A stretch of DNA of 64,000 nt from Thermoplasmatota archaeon (GTDB lineage Archaea > Thermoplasmatota > E2 > JACPAO01 > JAHFTW01): contig JBAZXE010000003.1 of assembly GCA_041659985.1 (NCBI GenBank), forward strand, positions 1,977 to 65,976. Direction: 5' to 3'. Positions 18,558 through 25,919 of the stretch are shown here, piece after piece (position 1 is the stretch's first letter; each line of letters opens with the position of its first letter). The notes beneath the pieces were generated by a model. The model was not told the origin of the DNA. It worked only from the letters and a program-made list of their open reading frames with translations, and ran no database searches. A program made the translations under genes and the position numbers.

Positions 18558-20158
18558 GGATTGCCCTGCTGGTCTTGCTTAGCGTCGTTGCCTTGGCCGG
18601 ACCCGGTGCCGCCTCCGAACCAACGCCGCTGGCAATCAACTTCCGCGTCCCCGCCCAAGCCGAGGGCCGGCTAGCGGTCAACGCCGCCGAGTGGGCCCTG
18701 CTGGTCTTTCCGCCTGCACACACGAACGTGGTCGACCTCGAGTTGGCGCAAGCCGGCAAGGCGACTACGTACACGTACCTGCAATACACGGTGAGCGAAG
18801 GGCCCTTAGCGTGGGAGCCCGATTCGCTTTCCATTCGCGATTCGAACATGCCCCTGCAGCCGGGGTTGCGCGCCACAGCGACGTTTCCCGCCGGGCGCTG
18901 GGGCTCCCTGTTCATCGTGGCGGACGACATTGAACTCTCCATGGGCGACGCGCAGGTCATCCTCGGCCAGGCAGAGGCGGGATCTCCGACCGAACCCCAA
19001 CTCCCCCCCGGCGAGGTCCCGGTAGGGACCGTGCGGCCCCTTTGGCCCGACATCCCTGTCACCTCGGCAACCCTCGGCCTTTCCAACGGAGAGCAGGGCG
19101 CGTCCTTCCGGTTCGAGGCAACTGGCGTCCAACAACTTGAATGGCACAACGCCACGGTGGCTTGCCTTGACTCCCAAAGTTGCCCGGATACCCCAGCCTA
19201 TTGGCAGTCCATCCTTCCCCTTGGCGACGGGAACGACCGCATCGAGGTCCGTAACTACACCGAGCTCACGACGACGGGCGGCCACGCAATCGGCTCGGGC
19301 CAGGCGTTCCTGGCTGCGATGGGTGGCGCCCGGATTGACGTTGCCCTCGAAGGATCCATGCGCCTGCCCGGGGCCCAACTCGTCCGGTGTGACCCCGACT
19401 GTGCGGCTCCCGACGAAGGCACGCTGCTTGCCAACGGCAGCTTAACGCTGAGGGGCCTCGAGCCCTTACCGGGACGCAGCGACCGTCTGCGCGGCCAACT
19501 CGGCGGGACGGCAACGTCAGCGCGCCTCGACGAGGAGCCCCGCCCGGGTCTCTTGCGTGCCTCGGCGGTGGCTGGCGGAGCGGCGCTTGGGCTGGCCCTG
19601 CTGGCCAAACTCATGGCGGTCTTGTTTTGGCGGCGCCCGCGTGTGCCCCCGGCCGACCATCCCCGACGCCAGACCTTGCAGAGTCTCGTGGTCCAAGAGC
19701 CGGGGCTCACGTTCCGTCAACTGCAACGCCGCGTCGGGTGGGCAAACGGCGTCACGCGGCACCATCTCGACCACCTCGTCCGAGCCCGGGCCATCGTTGC
19801 GCGACCCTATCGCAACACCGTGCGTTACTTCGAAAACCATGGCCGGTACGACACCGATTGGCAGAGAGTCGTGTTGACCCGTGACGCGGAGCAACGCTGG
19901 CTCCTCGATTGGCTTGCGCAGCGCGGCGGCGCCAGCCAGGTAGAAATTGTGCGTGCCGCGTTATCCACCCGAGGTTGGAGCCGTTCGGCGACGCAGCGCC
20001 GACTCAAGGCCCTGGTCAGCACGAGCCTCGTTCACGCAGCACCGGCGGTCCGCCCCCGGTTCTACATCGCCCCCGGTCGGCCACCGCCACTTGCGGCGAC
20101 GGGCGGTTCGTATGGGGGGACTCGCTTGTCTTTGGCCCTGGTTCCCCGGGATACTTGA
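18554..20158 (+). CDS. Membrane-tethered regulator: extracellular domain + 1 TM + two cytoplasmic winged-helix DNA-binding domains
   Basis: GTG 18554 overlaps the upstream stop (GTGA). Signal peptide, ~320-aa extracytoplasmic region, TM (AALGLALLAKLMAVLFW), then two wHTH-like units (LVVQEPGLTFRQLQRRVGWANGVTRHHLDHLVRARAIVARPYRNTVRYFE; WLAQRGGASQVEIVRAALSTRGWSRSATQRRLKALVSTSLV). Confidence 0.6.
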   Translation: MRIALLVLLSVVALAGPGAASEPTPLAINFRVPAQAEGRLAVNAAEWALLVFPPAHTNVVDLELAQAGKATTYTYLQYTVSEGPLAWEPDSLSIRDSNMPLQPGLRATATFPAGRWGSLFIVADDIELSMGDAQVILGQAEAGSPTEPQLPPGEVPVGTVRPLWPDIPVTSATLGLSNGEQGASFRFEATGVQQLEWHNATVACLDSQSCPDTPAYWQSILPLGDGNDRIEVRNYTELTTTGGHAIGSGQAFLAAMGGARIDVALEGSMRLPGAQLVRCDPDCAAPDEGTLLANGSLTLRGLEPLPGRSDRLRGQLGGTATSARLDEEPRPGLLRASAVAGGAALGLALLAKLMAVLFWRRPRVPPADHPRRQTLQSLVVQEPGLTFRQLQRRVGWANGVTRHHLDHLVRARAIVARPYRNTVRYFENHGRYDTDWQRVVLTRDAEQRWLLDWLAQRGGASQVEIVRAALSTRGWSRSATQRRLKALVSTSLVHAAPAVRPRFYIAPGRPPPLAATGGSYGGTRLSLALVPRDT

Positions 20159-20232
20159 CCGGCCTTGGCCTTCGAGGGGTAGCCGGTCGGCTTGGAGCCT
20201 TCAAATATGGAGGGCTTCGTCGCGACGTGCCC

Positions 20233-21738
20233 ATGGCCCGCACCCCCGCCCCAACGCCCGAGGAGTACGCCGCCCTCCTCGGCGCCGTCGACCCGGAGCA
20301 GGTCAAGAAGGTCGCGGCGCTTGGGAAGAAGGCCTGGCCGTACTCGTTCAAGGCGGAACGCGACCTTGCGGGCCTGCGCGCCAAGCTGGAGAAAGCGTTC
20401 GAACCGGGAGCCAAGGGCAACGCCGACGGCATGAAGCGCTACAAGGTCGCGGGGCGGCTGCGCGCCAAGCGCGGCTCCGGCGGCATCGCGTTCTTGGATC
20501 TGGAAGGCCAGGACGGCAAGATCCAGGCCATCATGGACAAAGCGGAAGTCGGCGAAGAAACGTTCGCCGAAATCCTCCATCTGCTCAACGAGGGCGACTT
20601 CGTCGGCGTCGTCGGGTATGGCATGCGTTCCCGCCGCGGCGAGCCATCCATCGGTGCCGAGAAAGTCGTCCTTCTTGCCAAGGCCCTGGTGCCCTTCGTG
20701 GACCTGGGCGGCTCCGACAACCCGAACCGCTACTCGAAACCGTACCTCGCCTACATGCAGGGCCCCGCGGCGCGCAAGATCCTCGTCGACCGAGCCCGCA
20801 TCACGCAAGTCGTGCGGCAAACCCTGGAGAAAGAAGGCTTCCTCGAAACCGCCATCCCCGTGTTGGAGAAACTCTACGGCGGCGCCAACGCCAAGCCGTT
20901 CACGACGCACTCCAACGCGAAGGACTCCGAGATGTTCCTGCGCATCAGCCTCGAGTTGGCCCTCAAGAAACTCCTCGTCGGGGGCCTCGAGCGCGTCTAC
21001 CACATCGGTCCCGTCTTCCGCAACGAGGACATCGATACAACGCACAACCCCGAGTTCACGCTCATGGAGTGCTACGCCGCGTACTGGGACTACACCGGCA
21101 TGATGCGCCTCACCAAGAAAATCTTCCAGAAAGCCGTGGCCGCCGTCAATGGCGGCTCGCTGCAACTGAAGCGACCAGACGGCACCGTCCTCGACTTCGC
21201 CAAGTTCGAGGTCGTCACCATGTACGATGCCATCCGCGCCCACGGCGGACCGGACCCGAAGACCGTCTCCGACGAAGAAATCAAGGCCATCCTCGCGAAG
21301 AACGATGTCCACATCCGCGGCGGCTACGTGCGCGGCCTCGGCATCGCCAAGCTCTTCGAGGTCTTCGCCGAGAAGAAACTCATCCAACCCACGTTCGTCA
21401 TCGACCACCCGAAGGAGACGACGCCGCTGTGCAAGGCCCACCGCAAGGACCCCGACCTCGTGGAGCGCTTCGAGCTTTTCATCGGTGGAATGGAGCACGC
21501 CAACGCCTACTCCGAGCTTAATGACCCATACCGCCAGGCCCTGCTGTTCAAGGAGCAGGACGACCGGCGCAAGGCCGGCGACGACGAATCGCCTCCGACC
21601 GACCACGAGTTCGTGGAAGCGCTCAAGCACGGCATGCCCCCCGCGGGCGGCTTGGGCGTCGGCATCGACCGCATGGTGATGACCCTCCTCGGCATCGATT
21701 CCATCAAGGCTGTACTGCCGTTCCCGCAGGTCAAGTAG
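20233..21738 (+). CDS. lysS: Lysyl-tRNA synthetase, class II
   Basis: ATG 20233 inside track ORF 19909..21738. OB anticodon-binding domain, class II motif 2 (FRNEDIDTTHNPEFTLMECY) and motif 3 (GLGVGIDRMVMTLLG). Confidence 0.9.
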   Translation: MARTPAPTPEEYAALLGAVDPEQVKKVAALGKKAWPYSFKAERDLAGLRAKLEKAFEPGAKGNADGMKRYKVAGRLRAKRGSGGIAFLDLEGQDGKIQAIMDKAEVGEETFAEILHLLNEGDFVGVVGYGMRSRRGEPSIGAEKVVLLAKALVPFVDLGGSDNPNRYSKPYLAYMQGPAARKILVDRARITQVVRQTLEKEGFLETAIPVLEKLYGGANAKPFTTHSNAKDSEMFLRISLELALKKLLVGGLERVYHIGPVFRNEDIDTTHNPEFTLMECYAAYWDYTGMMRLTKKIFQKAVAAVNGGSLQLKRPDGTVLDFAKFEVVTMYDAIRAHGGPDPKTVSDEEIKAILAKNDVHIRGGYVRGLGIAKLFEVFAEKKLIQPTFVIDHPKETTPLCKAHRKDPDLVERFELFIGGMEHANAYSELNDPYRQALLFKEQDDRRKAGDDESPPTDHEFVEALKHGMPPAGGLGVGIDRMVMTLLGIDSIKAVLPFPQVK

Positions 21739-21773
21739 AATTATCAGGGGGAGGCCAGTCGGCCGCTCCAACT

Positions 21774-21847
21774 GGGCCTTTAGTGTAGCTTGGATAGCAC
21801 AGAAGCCTCCGGAGCTTCAGACCCGAGTTCGAATCTCGGAGGGCCCG
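21774..21847 (+). tRNA. tRNA-Arg (anticodon CCG)
   Basis: Hand-folded cloverleaf: acceptor GGGCCTT/AGGGCCC, D stem GTGT/GCAC, anticodon stem GAAGC/GCTTC with loop CTCCGGA, 4-nt variable loop, T arm CCGAG-TTCGAAT-CTCGG, discriminator G. No encoded CCA and no intron. Confidence 0.9.
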
Positions 21848-21900
21848 CTTGAAGATGCCCCGCTCGGGCGAGCGAAGCGAGCCAGAGGCGCATCTTCAAG
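21848..21900. repeat. Perfect 11-bp inverted repeat (CTTGAAGATGC ... GCATCTTCAAG) abutting the tRNA 3' end
   Basis: Arms at 21848-21858 and 21890-21900 with a 31-nt loop. Pairing can extend 2 bp into the tRNA end (C21846-G21902, G21847-C21901). Confidence 0.8.
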
Positions 21901-21912
21901 CGCCGCAGCCGC

Positions 21913-22020
21913 GAGCGCAGCGAGCGTTGCGAGGACCCACACTTTGGCACGGGTCGGCGACGAATGGAGCGCAGCGAACGAGCGTTGCGAGGATTCACAC
22001 TTTGGCGCGTGTCGGCAACG
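21913..22020. repeat. Two tandem ~50-54 bp direct repeats
   Basis: Copy A 21913-21962 is GAGCGCAGCGAGCGTTGCGAGGACCCACACTTTGGCACGGGTCGGCGACG. Copy B 21967-22020 is GAGCGCAGCGAACGAGCGTTGCGAGGATTCACACTTTGGCGCGTGTCGGCAACG. A weaker third GAGCGAAGCGAGC-initiated unit lies in the hairpin loop upstream. Confidence 0.8.
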
Positions 22021-22101
22021 TGACGGAAGGCCAACCCCCGTCCTACGCCACGCCATGGCCTTGACGCCGCCCGCTCTCATACCCCCTAGCCTGCCAAGCG
22101 C

Positions 22102-22482
22102 ATGGCCCCAACGCCATCCATGCCCTCTTCCCAGATCAACGACCTCGTCCTGTCCGAGCTGCGCCGCATCGGCGACCTCCTCGACGCGCGCCTTCCCGCC
22201 CCCGGCTCGCAGCCGGCCGTGTCCTTCAAGCCCGGCCCGGCGCCCATCCCGCTCGACGAGGCGGGCGAGCGCGTCTTCGAGGCTCTGCGCGCCTGGCGCC
22301 TGGAGCGCGCCCGCAAGGATGGCCTGTCGCCGTACATCGTCGCCTACGACCGCAGCCTGCGCCAAGTCGCGCGCGAGCGGCCGTCCAGCCTCGAGGACCT
22401 GCAGGGCATCCAGGGCTTCGGCCCGGCCAAGGCCGTCAAGTATGGCCCTGAGCTGCTCGAGGTCTTGGCGAAGGCCGACTGA
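22102..22482 (+). CDS. Stand-alone HRDC-domain protein
   Basis: 126 aa. The C-terminal 75 aa (FEALRAWRLERARKDGLSPYIVAYDRSLRQVARERPSSLEDLQGIQGFGPAKAVKYGPELLEVL) match the RecQ/RNase D HRDC pattern. No helicase or nuclease domain. Confidence 0.7.
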   Translation: MAPTPSMPSSQINDLVLSELRRIGDLLDARLPAPGSQPAVSFKPGPAPIPLDEAGERVFEALRAWRLERARKDGLSPYIVAYDRSLRQVARERPSSLEDLQGIQGFGPAKAVKYGPELLEVLAKAD

Positions 22483-22491
22483 ACGGCCCAA

Positions 22492-22561
22492 CGAACCACG
22501 GATTACACGGATGGCACGGAAGCTCTTACTTTTCCGCGGAATCCGTGAAATCCGTGGTTCG
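22492..22561. repeat. Palindromic repeat element copy E2
   Basis: Perfect 13-bp terminal inverted repeat CGAACCACGGATT (22492-22504) / AATCCGTGGTTCG (22549-22561), plus inner CACGGAT/ATCCGTG pairing. Starts 10 nt after the HRDC stop. Confidence 0.8.
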
Positions 22562-22895
22562 GCTTGTTGGAGCAGCCGAGTTTTTCCACTTCGTCCCCTA
22601 TCGCCGATGCGTGCCCGGACCGAAGACTCCCCCCAAGACGCCCCCGACGGACGCGCCGCCCGTCGACGTGGACGCCTTCCTCAACGAGATGAAGACGCAG
22701 TTCGGCGCCCTCGGCAAGCAGTTCAAGGAGGTCGCCGACAAGGTGGGCGAAGAGGCGCAGTACCACTTCGACAAGGAACTGGCGCGCGCCCTGGCCAAGC
22801 ATCCGGACCTCTACGCCGAAGTGCGCAAGACCCTGCGGCAAATCAAGAAAACCGCCGACAAGGCCGCCGAATCGTTGGGCCTCAAGCCCGAGTAA
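22545..22895 (+). CDS. Small helical protein, unknown function (start uncertain)
   Basis: Track ORF of 116 aa. The first codons lie inside repeat E2, so the true start may be a later in-frame GTG/ATG (for example before PGPKTPPKTPP or at MKTQFG). The C-terminal ~65 aa are Lys/Glu-rich and helical. Confidence 0.45.
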   Translation: MKSVVRLVGAAEFFHFVPYRRCVPGPKTPPKTPPTDAPPVDVDAFLNEMKTQFGALGKQFKEVADKVGEEAQYHFDKELARALAKHPDLYAEVRKTLRQIKKTADKAAESLGLKPE

Positions 22896-22909
22896 CTGCG
22901 CCGGGGTTT

Positions 22910-22970
22910 GAACCACCACACACGCCGACGCACAGAGTCGTTCGGTGTGCTCGGTGTGGTCCGTGGTTCG
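22910..22970. repeat. Palindromic repeat element copy E3 (between convergent genes)
   Basis: GAACCAC (22910-22916) pairs with GTGGTTC (22963-22969), with inner CCACAC/GTGTGG, CCGA/TCGG and GCACA/TGTGC pairs. The right end TCCGTGGTTCG (22960-22970) is identical to E1 and E2. Confidence 0.7.
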
Positions 22971-23177
22971 TCAAGTCGGCGGCGGCACGGCCTTGCGCCG
23001 GTTTTGCACGTAGAACCACAGGGTGAGCCCGGCGAGGGCCGACGCGGCGACGAGAATCATGACGAGCCCAGCGGTCTGCAGCGCGTCGTCCTTGCTCAAA
23101 AGCAATCCAGCGCCAATGATGAGGTCGGCGAGGAACGCGACCCAGATGATGAGAAGGGTCAGTCCGCGACGCGCCAC
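22971..23177 (-). CDS. Small 2-TM membrane protein
   Basis: 68 aa, two hydrophobic helices, basic termini. Confidence 0.45.
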   Translation of the reverse strand: MARRGLTLLIIWVAFLADLIIGAGLLLSKDDALQTAGLVMILVAASALAGLTLWFYVQNRRKAVPPPT

Positions 23178-23218
23178 ACGCCGGCGACGCCAATCCGGCT
23201 TCTAGGTTTGTCGCTGCG

Positions 23219-23638
23219 CTAACGCGCCCTAGCGACGGCGACCGCGACGTCCGGTTTCTGCTTGTTGAACGCGGCCATGACTTCGTCGGTCTCCCGCTTG
23301 GGGATCTTGAAGTGGGCGAGTGTGCGCGCGAGCTCGGCCGCGACCTCGTCGAATTCCTGGGCGGTGATGTTGAGGTCCTTGTGGGCGTTGCCCAGGGGCT
23401 TGCCGGCGCCTTCGTACTTGAATGGCCCGCCGCTTACCGAGCAGACCCAAAGCGTCCGCATGAATTTCAGGCCCGGCATGCGCGCCGCCGTCTGGTTTGT
23501 GCTCCACTCGCGGAGCGCCGAGTTCTTGGACTTCTTGCCGACCAGGGGATTTGCCAAGACGTTGTCGCTGAAATGGTCCACAACAGCCGCGATGGCGAAG
23601 GCGCCACCCAACCGTTCGTACAGAGATTTTTCTGGCAT
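23219..23638 (-). CDS. glbN: Truncated (2-on-2) haemoglobin, group I-like
   Basis: 139 aa. SLYERLGGAFAIAAVVDHFSDNVLANP and LGNAHKDLNITAQEFDEVAAEL align by eye to trHbN A/B helices and the proximal-His F-helix region. Confidence 0.7.
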   Translation of the reverse strand: MPEKSLYERLGGAFAIAAVVDHFSDNVLANPLVGKKSKNSALREWSTNQTAARMPGLKFMRTLWVCSVSGGPFKYEGAGKPLGNAHKDLNITAQEFDEVAAELARTLAHFKIPKRETDEVMAAFNKQKPDVAVAVARAR

Positions 23639-23743
23639 GGTCTAACCGGGCGCCGTGACACCCTAGAGCGGTTATCGGTTTGCCCAAGGCCGAACATGTT
23701 GGGGCGGCGAGGCTTCCCGCAATCCCTGTTTGGGCCGGAGTTG

Positions 23744-25237
23744 TCAGGCGACCGGCAGCGGGCCAGGGAACGGCTTGAGCGGCCCCGCCATACCCGGCGT
23801 GCCGACCAGGTCGCCATCCTGCACGACGGCCTTTCCGGCAAGGAACGTGTGGCTGGGGAAGACCGCCTTGAGGCCGTCGTAGGGAGACCAGCCGCACTTG
23901 GAGTGCAGGTCGTTGGAGTCGACCTTCGTCAGATGCTTGAGGTCGTAGATGGCAAAGTCGGCGCGCATGCCGGGCTCCAGGACGGCGCGGTCCTTGAGGC
24001 CGAGGAGGTTCGCGGGTCCGACGGTGACCGCATCGACGACGCGCTGCAGGGGCAGCTTACCCCCCACGTGCGCCAGCATGAGGGGCACCATCGTCTCCAC
24101 GCCGGGCACTCCGCTCGGCGCGTTGTGGAAGGCGTCCTCCTTCTCGACCTTGGTGTGCGGCGCGTGGTCCGATTCCAGGATGGGCACCTTGCCGCCGGCG
24201 AAGGCGTCCCACAGCGCCTTGCGGACGGTGGGGCTGCGCAGGGGGGGATTCATTTTGCCGTAGGCGTGGCTCAAGCCGGCCGTCGTGTCGAGGAGCAGGT
24301 GGTGCGGGCAGGCGCCCAGGCTGAACTTCGCCGTCGTCGCGGCCGCCACCGCGTCGGGGCTCGCGATGTGCGCGATATGGATGGTTGGCGCCTTCTTGAC
24401 GCCGGCCAGCGCCTTCATGGCGTCGTAGATGGCCTCCACCTCGGCCAGCGGGGGCCTGGCGTGGTCGTGGTCCTCCAAGGTCCCCTCGTTGCGGCGCAGC
24501 TGTTGCAGGATGCGTTGCGACTCGCAGTGCAAGGCGACGGGGACGCCCTCCTTCCCGGCGGCCGTGAGGATCTCCGCGAAGCGGGCCTGGTCCTCCAAGA
24601 GCAGGTCTCCGGTGCTGGCGCCGAGGTAGGTCTTCACGCCGACGGCCCACTTCAGCATCTCCGGGAGTTCGCCGGTGTACCACGTGCCGCCCGCCCAGGC
24701 GCCGAAGTCCACCAGGGATTTCTTCTGCGCGAGGGCGAGCTTCTCCTTCAACGTCCGGACCGAGATGGTCGCCGGGAGGGTGTTGGGCATGTCGACGTAG
24801 CCCGTGACGCCGCCGAAGGCCGCCGCCGTGGAACCCGTCGTGAAATCCTCCTTGTGCGTGTGGCCTGGCTCACGGAAATGGACGTGCAGGTCGATGGCCC
24901 CGGGCAGGATGGCCTTGGCGCCGACGTCGAGGTGTGTTGCGAGCCGCGTCGACTTGGCGATGCGCACGATGCGGCCGCTGTGCGTGTCGATGTGCAAGAC
25001 GGCGGGAACAAGTTTCCCGCGCTGGTAGACTTGACCAGCAACCGAGAGGTCGGGTTCGCGCGCCGAGCTGGCCACGGACTTGGACGGTTTCGCAGTCTTC
25101 GCCGGGCGGGGTGCCGACTTGGCCTTCACGGCCTTGGGTTTCGCGGCTTTGGGCTTCGAAGACTTGGCGGGCTTCGCCTTCGCTGGCTTGCCCTTGGGCT
25201 TGGGTCGCGGCTTGCCTGCCTTGCCCTTGCCGGCCAC
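23744..25237 (-). CDS. pyrC: Dihydroorotase (cyclic amidohydrolase) with Lys/Ala/Pro-rich N-terminal extension
   Basis: Metal-binding blocks (DLHVHFREPG; VKTYLG; VALHCE; IAHIAS; ESDHAPH). Upstream in-frame codons encode (K/A/P)n. GTG 25237 shares a base with the upstream stop (TAGTG). An alternative GTG lies ~25070, just before the catalytic core. Confidence 0.8.
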   Translation of the reverse strand: MAGKGKAGKPRPKPKGKPAKAKPAKSSKPKAAKPKAVKAKSAPRPAKTAKPSKSVASSAREPDLSVAGQVYQRGKLVPAVLHIDTHSGRIVRIAKSTRLATHLDVGAKAILPGAIDLHVHFREPGHTHKEDFTTGSTAAAFGGVTGYVDMPNTLPATISVRTLKEKLALAQKKSLVDFGAWAGGTWYTGELPEMLKWAVGVKTYLGASTGDLLLEDQARFAEILTAAGKEGVPVALHCESQRILQQLRRNEGTLEDHDHARPPLAEVEAIYDAMKALAGVKKAPTIHIAHIASPDAVAAATTAKFSLGACPHHLLLDTTAGLSHAYGKMNPPLRSPTVRKALWDAFAGGKVPILESDHAPHTKVEKEDAFHNAPSGVPGVETMVPLMLAHVGGKLPLQRVVDAVTVGPANLLGLKDRAVLEPGMRADFAIYDLKHLTKVDSNDLHSKCGWSPYDGLKAVFPSHTFLAGKAVVQDGDLVGTPGMAGPLKPFPGPLPVA

Positions 25238-25722
25238 TAAAGGACCCCCCACACCCCGATCTCGCCGGAGTCGACGAGGTCCGAGACGGAGTCGGCAAAG
25301 CCGCGCATCCACGACCGGAGATGCAGGTAGTGCACGAGGAGGAAGGCCGGCACGAGGCCATTCAAGGCCAAGACGGGGAACGCCCACACGGATGGATCCG
25401 TGTCTTGGAAAGCCAGCAAAAGAAGGGCGACCTCAAGGGCCCACAGGAACGTCAATCCGGCCGCAGCGAGCCACGGCAGGTTGCGTGCGCCCTTGCCTTG
25501 GACGCGGCGGTACAGTTCAGGGAAGCTCTCGGCGGCGACCGAGTAGCGCATCCAGGATTTCCAGGTGCCGCGCAGGCTGACCTCGTAGGCGGCGACGCGG
25601 CGGCGACTGTACAGTTGGCCGGCCAAGAGTCCGACCAGGACGGCTACCCCGTGAACGAGAAGCCCCTGCCATGGGTAGAGGAAGTACGCCGGGACGGCCA
25701 GGAGGAGGGCCACGAGGGCCAT
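25237..25722 (-). CDS. 4-TM membrane protein, unknown function
   Basis: C-terminal 161 aa of track ORF 25237..26373 starting at ATG 25722 (GTG 25803 also possible). Four hydrophobic helices. Tightly coupled to pyrC. Confidence 0.5.
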   Translation of the reverse strand: MALVALLLAVPAYFLYPWQGLLVHGVAVLVGLLAGQLYSRRRVAAYEVSLRGTWKSWMRYSVAAESFPELYRRVQGKGARNLPWLAAAGLTFLWALEVALLLLAFQDTDPSVWAFPVLALNGLVPAFLLVHYLHLRSWMRGFADSVSDLVDSGEIGVWGVL

Positions 25723-25919
25723 CACGACGGTCCGGCGGCGGCAGGCGCGCTGGTCGGTGTCCAACAGGTGGACAAAATGGCTGGCGACGCCCCCCGACGG
25801 CACAGGAGGAGGACCGGTCGCCGCCTCTTGAGCAAGGTGGTTTGGTTTTCGCGCCGTGCGGTTAAAAGCACCCTCCTGGACGAGGGGCTCCGGGGTATTT
25901 CCGTCCCGGGCGGCGAAAT

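Noticed and set aside
18835-18860. T-loop-like GTTCGAATC (reverse strand), suggesting another tRNA.
   Set aside because: The flanking bases cannot form a T stem or acceptor stem, and the site lies inside a well-supported CDS.
21913-22020. Tandem repeats next to tRNA-Arg as a possible mini CRISPR array.
   Set aside because: There are only two clear copies, they are directly adjacent with a 4-nt gap and no spacers of CRISPR size, the repeats are ~52 bp, and no cas genes are present.
23110-23165. C/D-box sRNA-like AATGATGA and AGATGATGA motifs.
   Set aside because: No properly spaced CTGA D or D' boxes. The motifs are the antisense of Ile/Leu codons (…LIIWVAFLADLIIG…) in the small membrane-protein gene.
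21774-23700. An integrated mobile element at tRNA-Arg (also checked beside tRNA-Gly at 47982-48052).
   Set aside because: No integrase, transposase, capsid or conjugation gene, and no duplicated tRNA 3' segment, is visible in the window. Only circumstantial signs (repeats, orphan genes) exist, so it is reported as a hypothesis rather than annotated as a mobile element.
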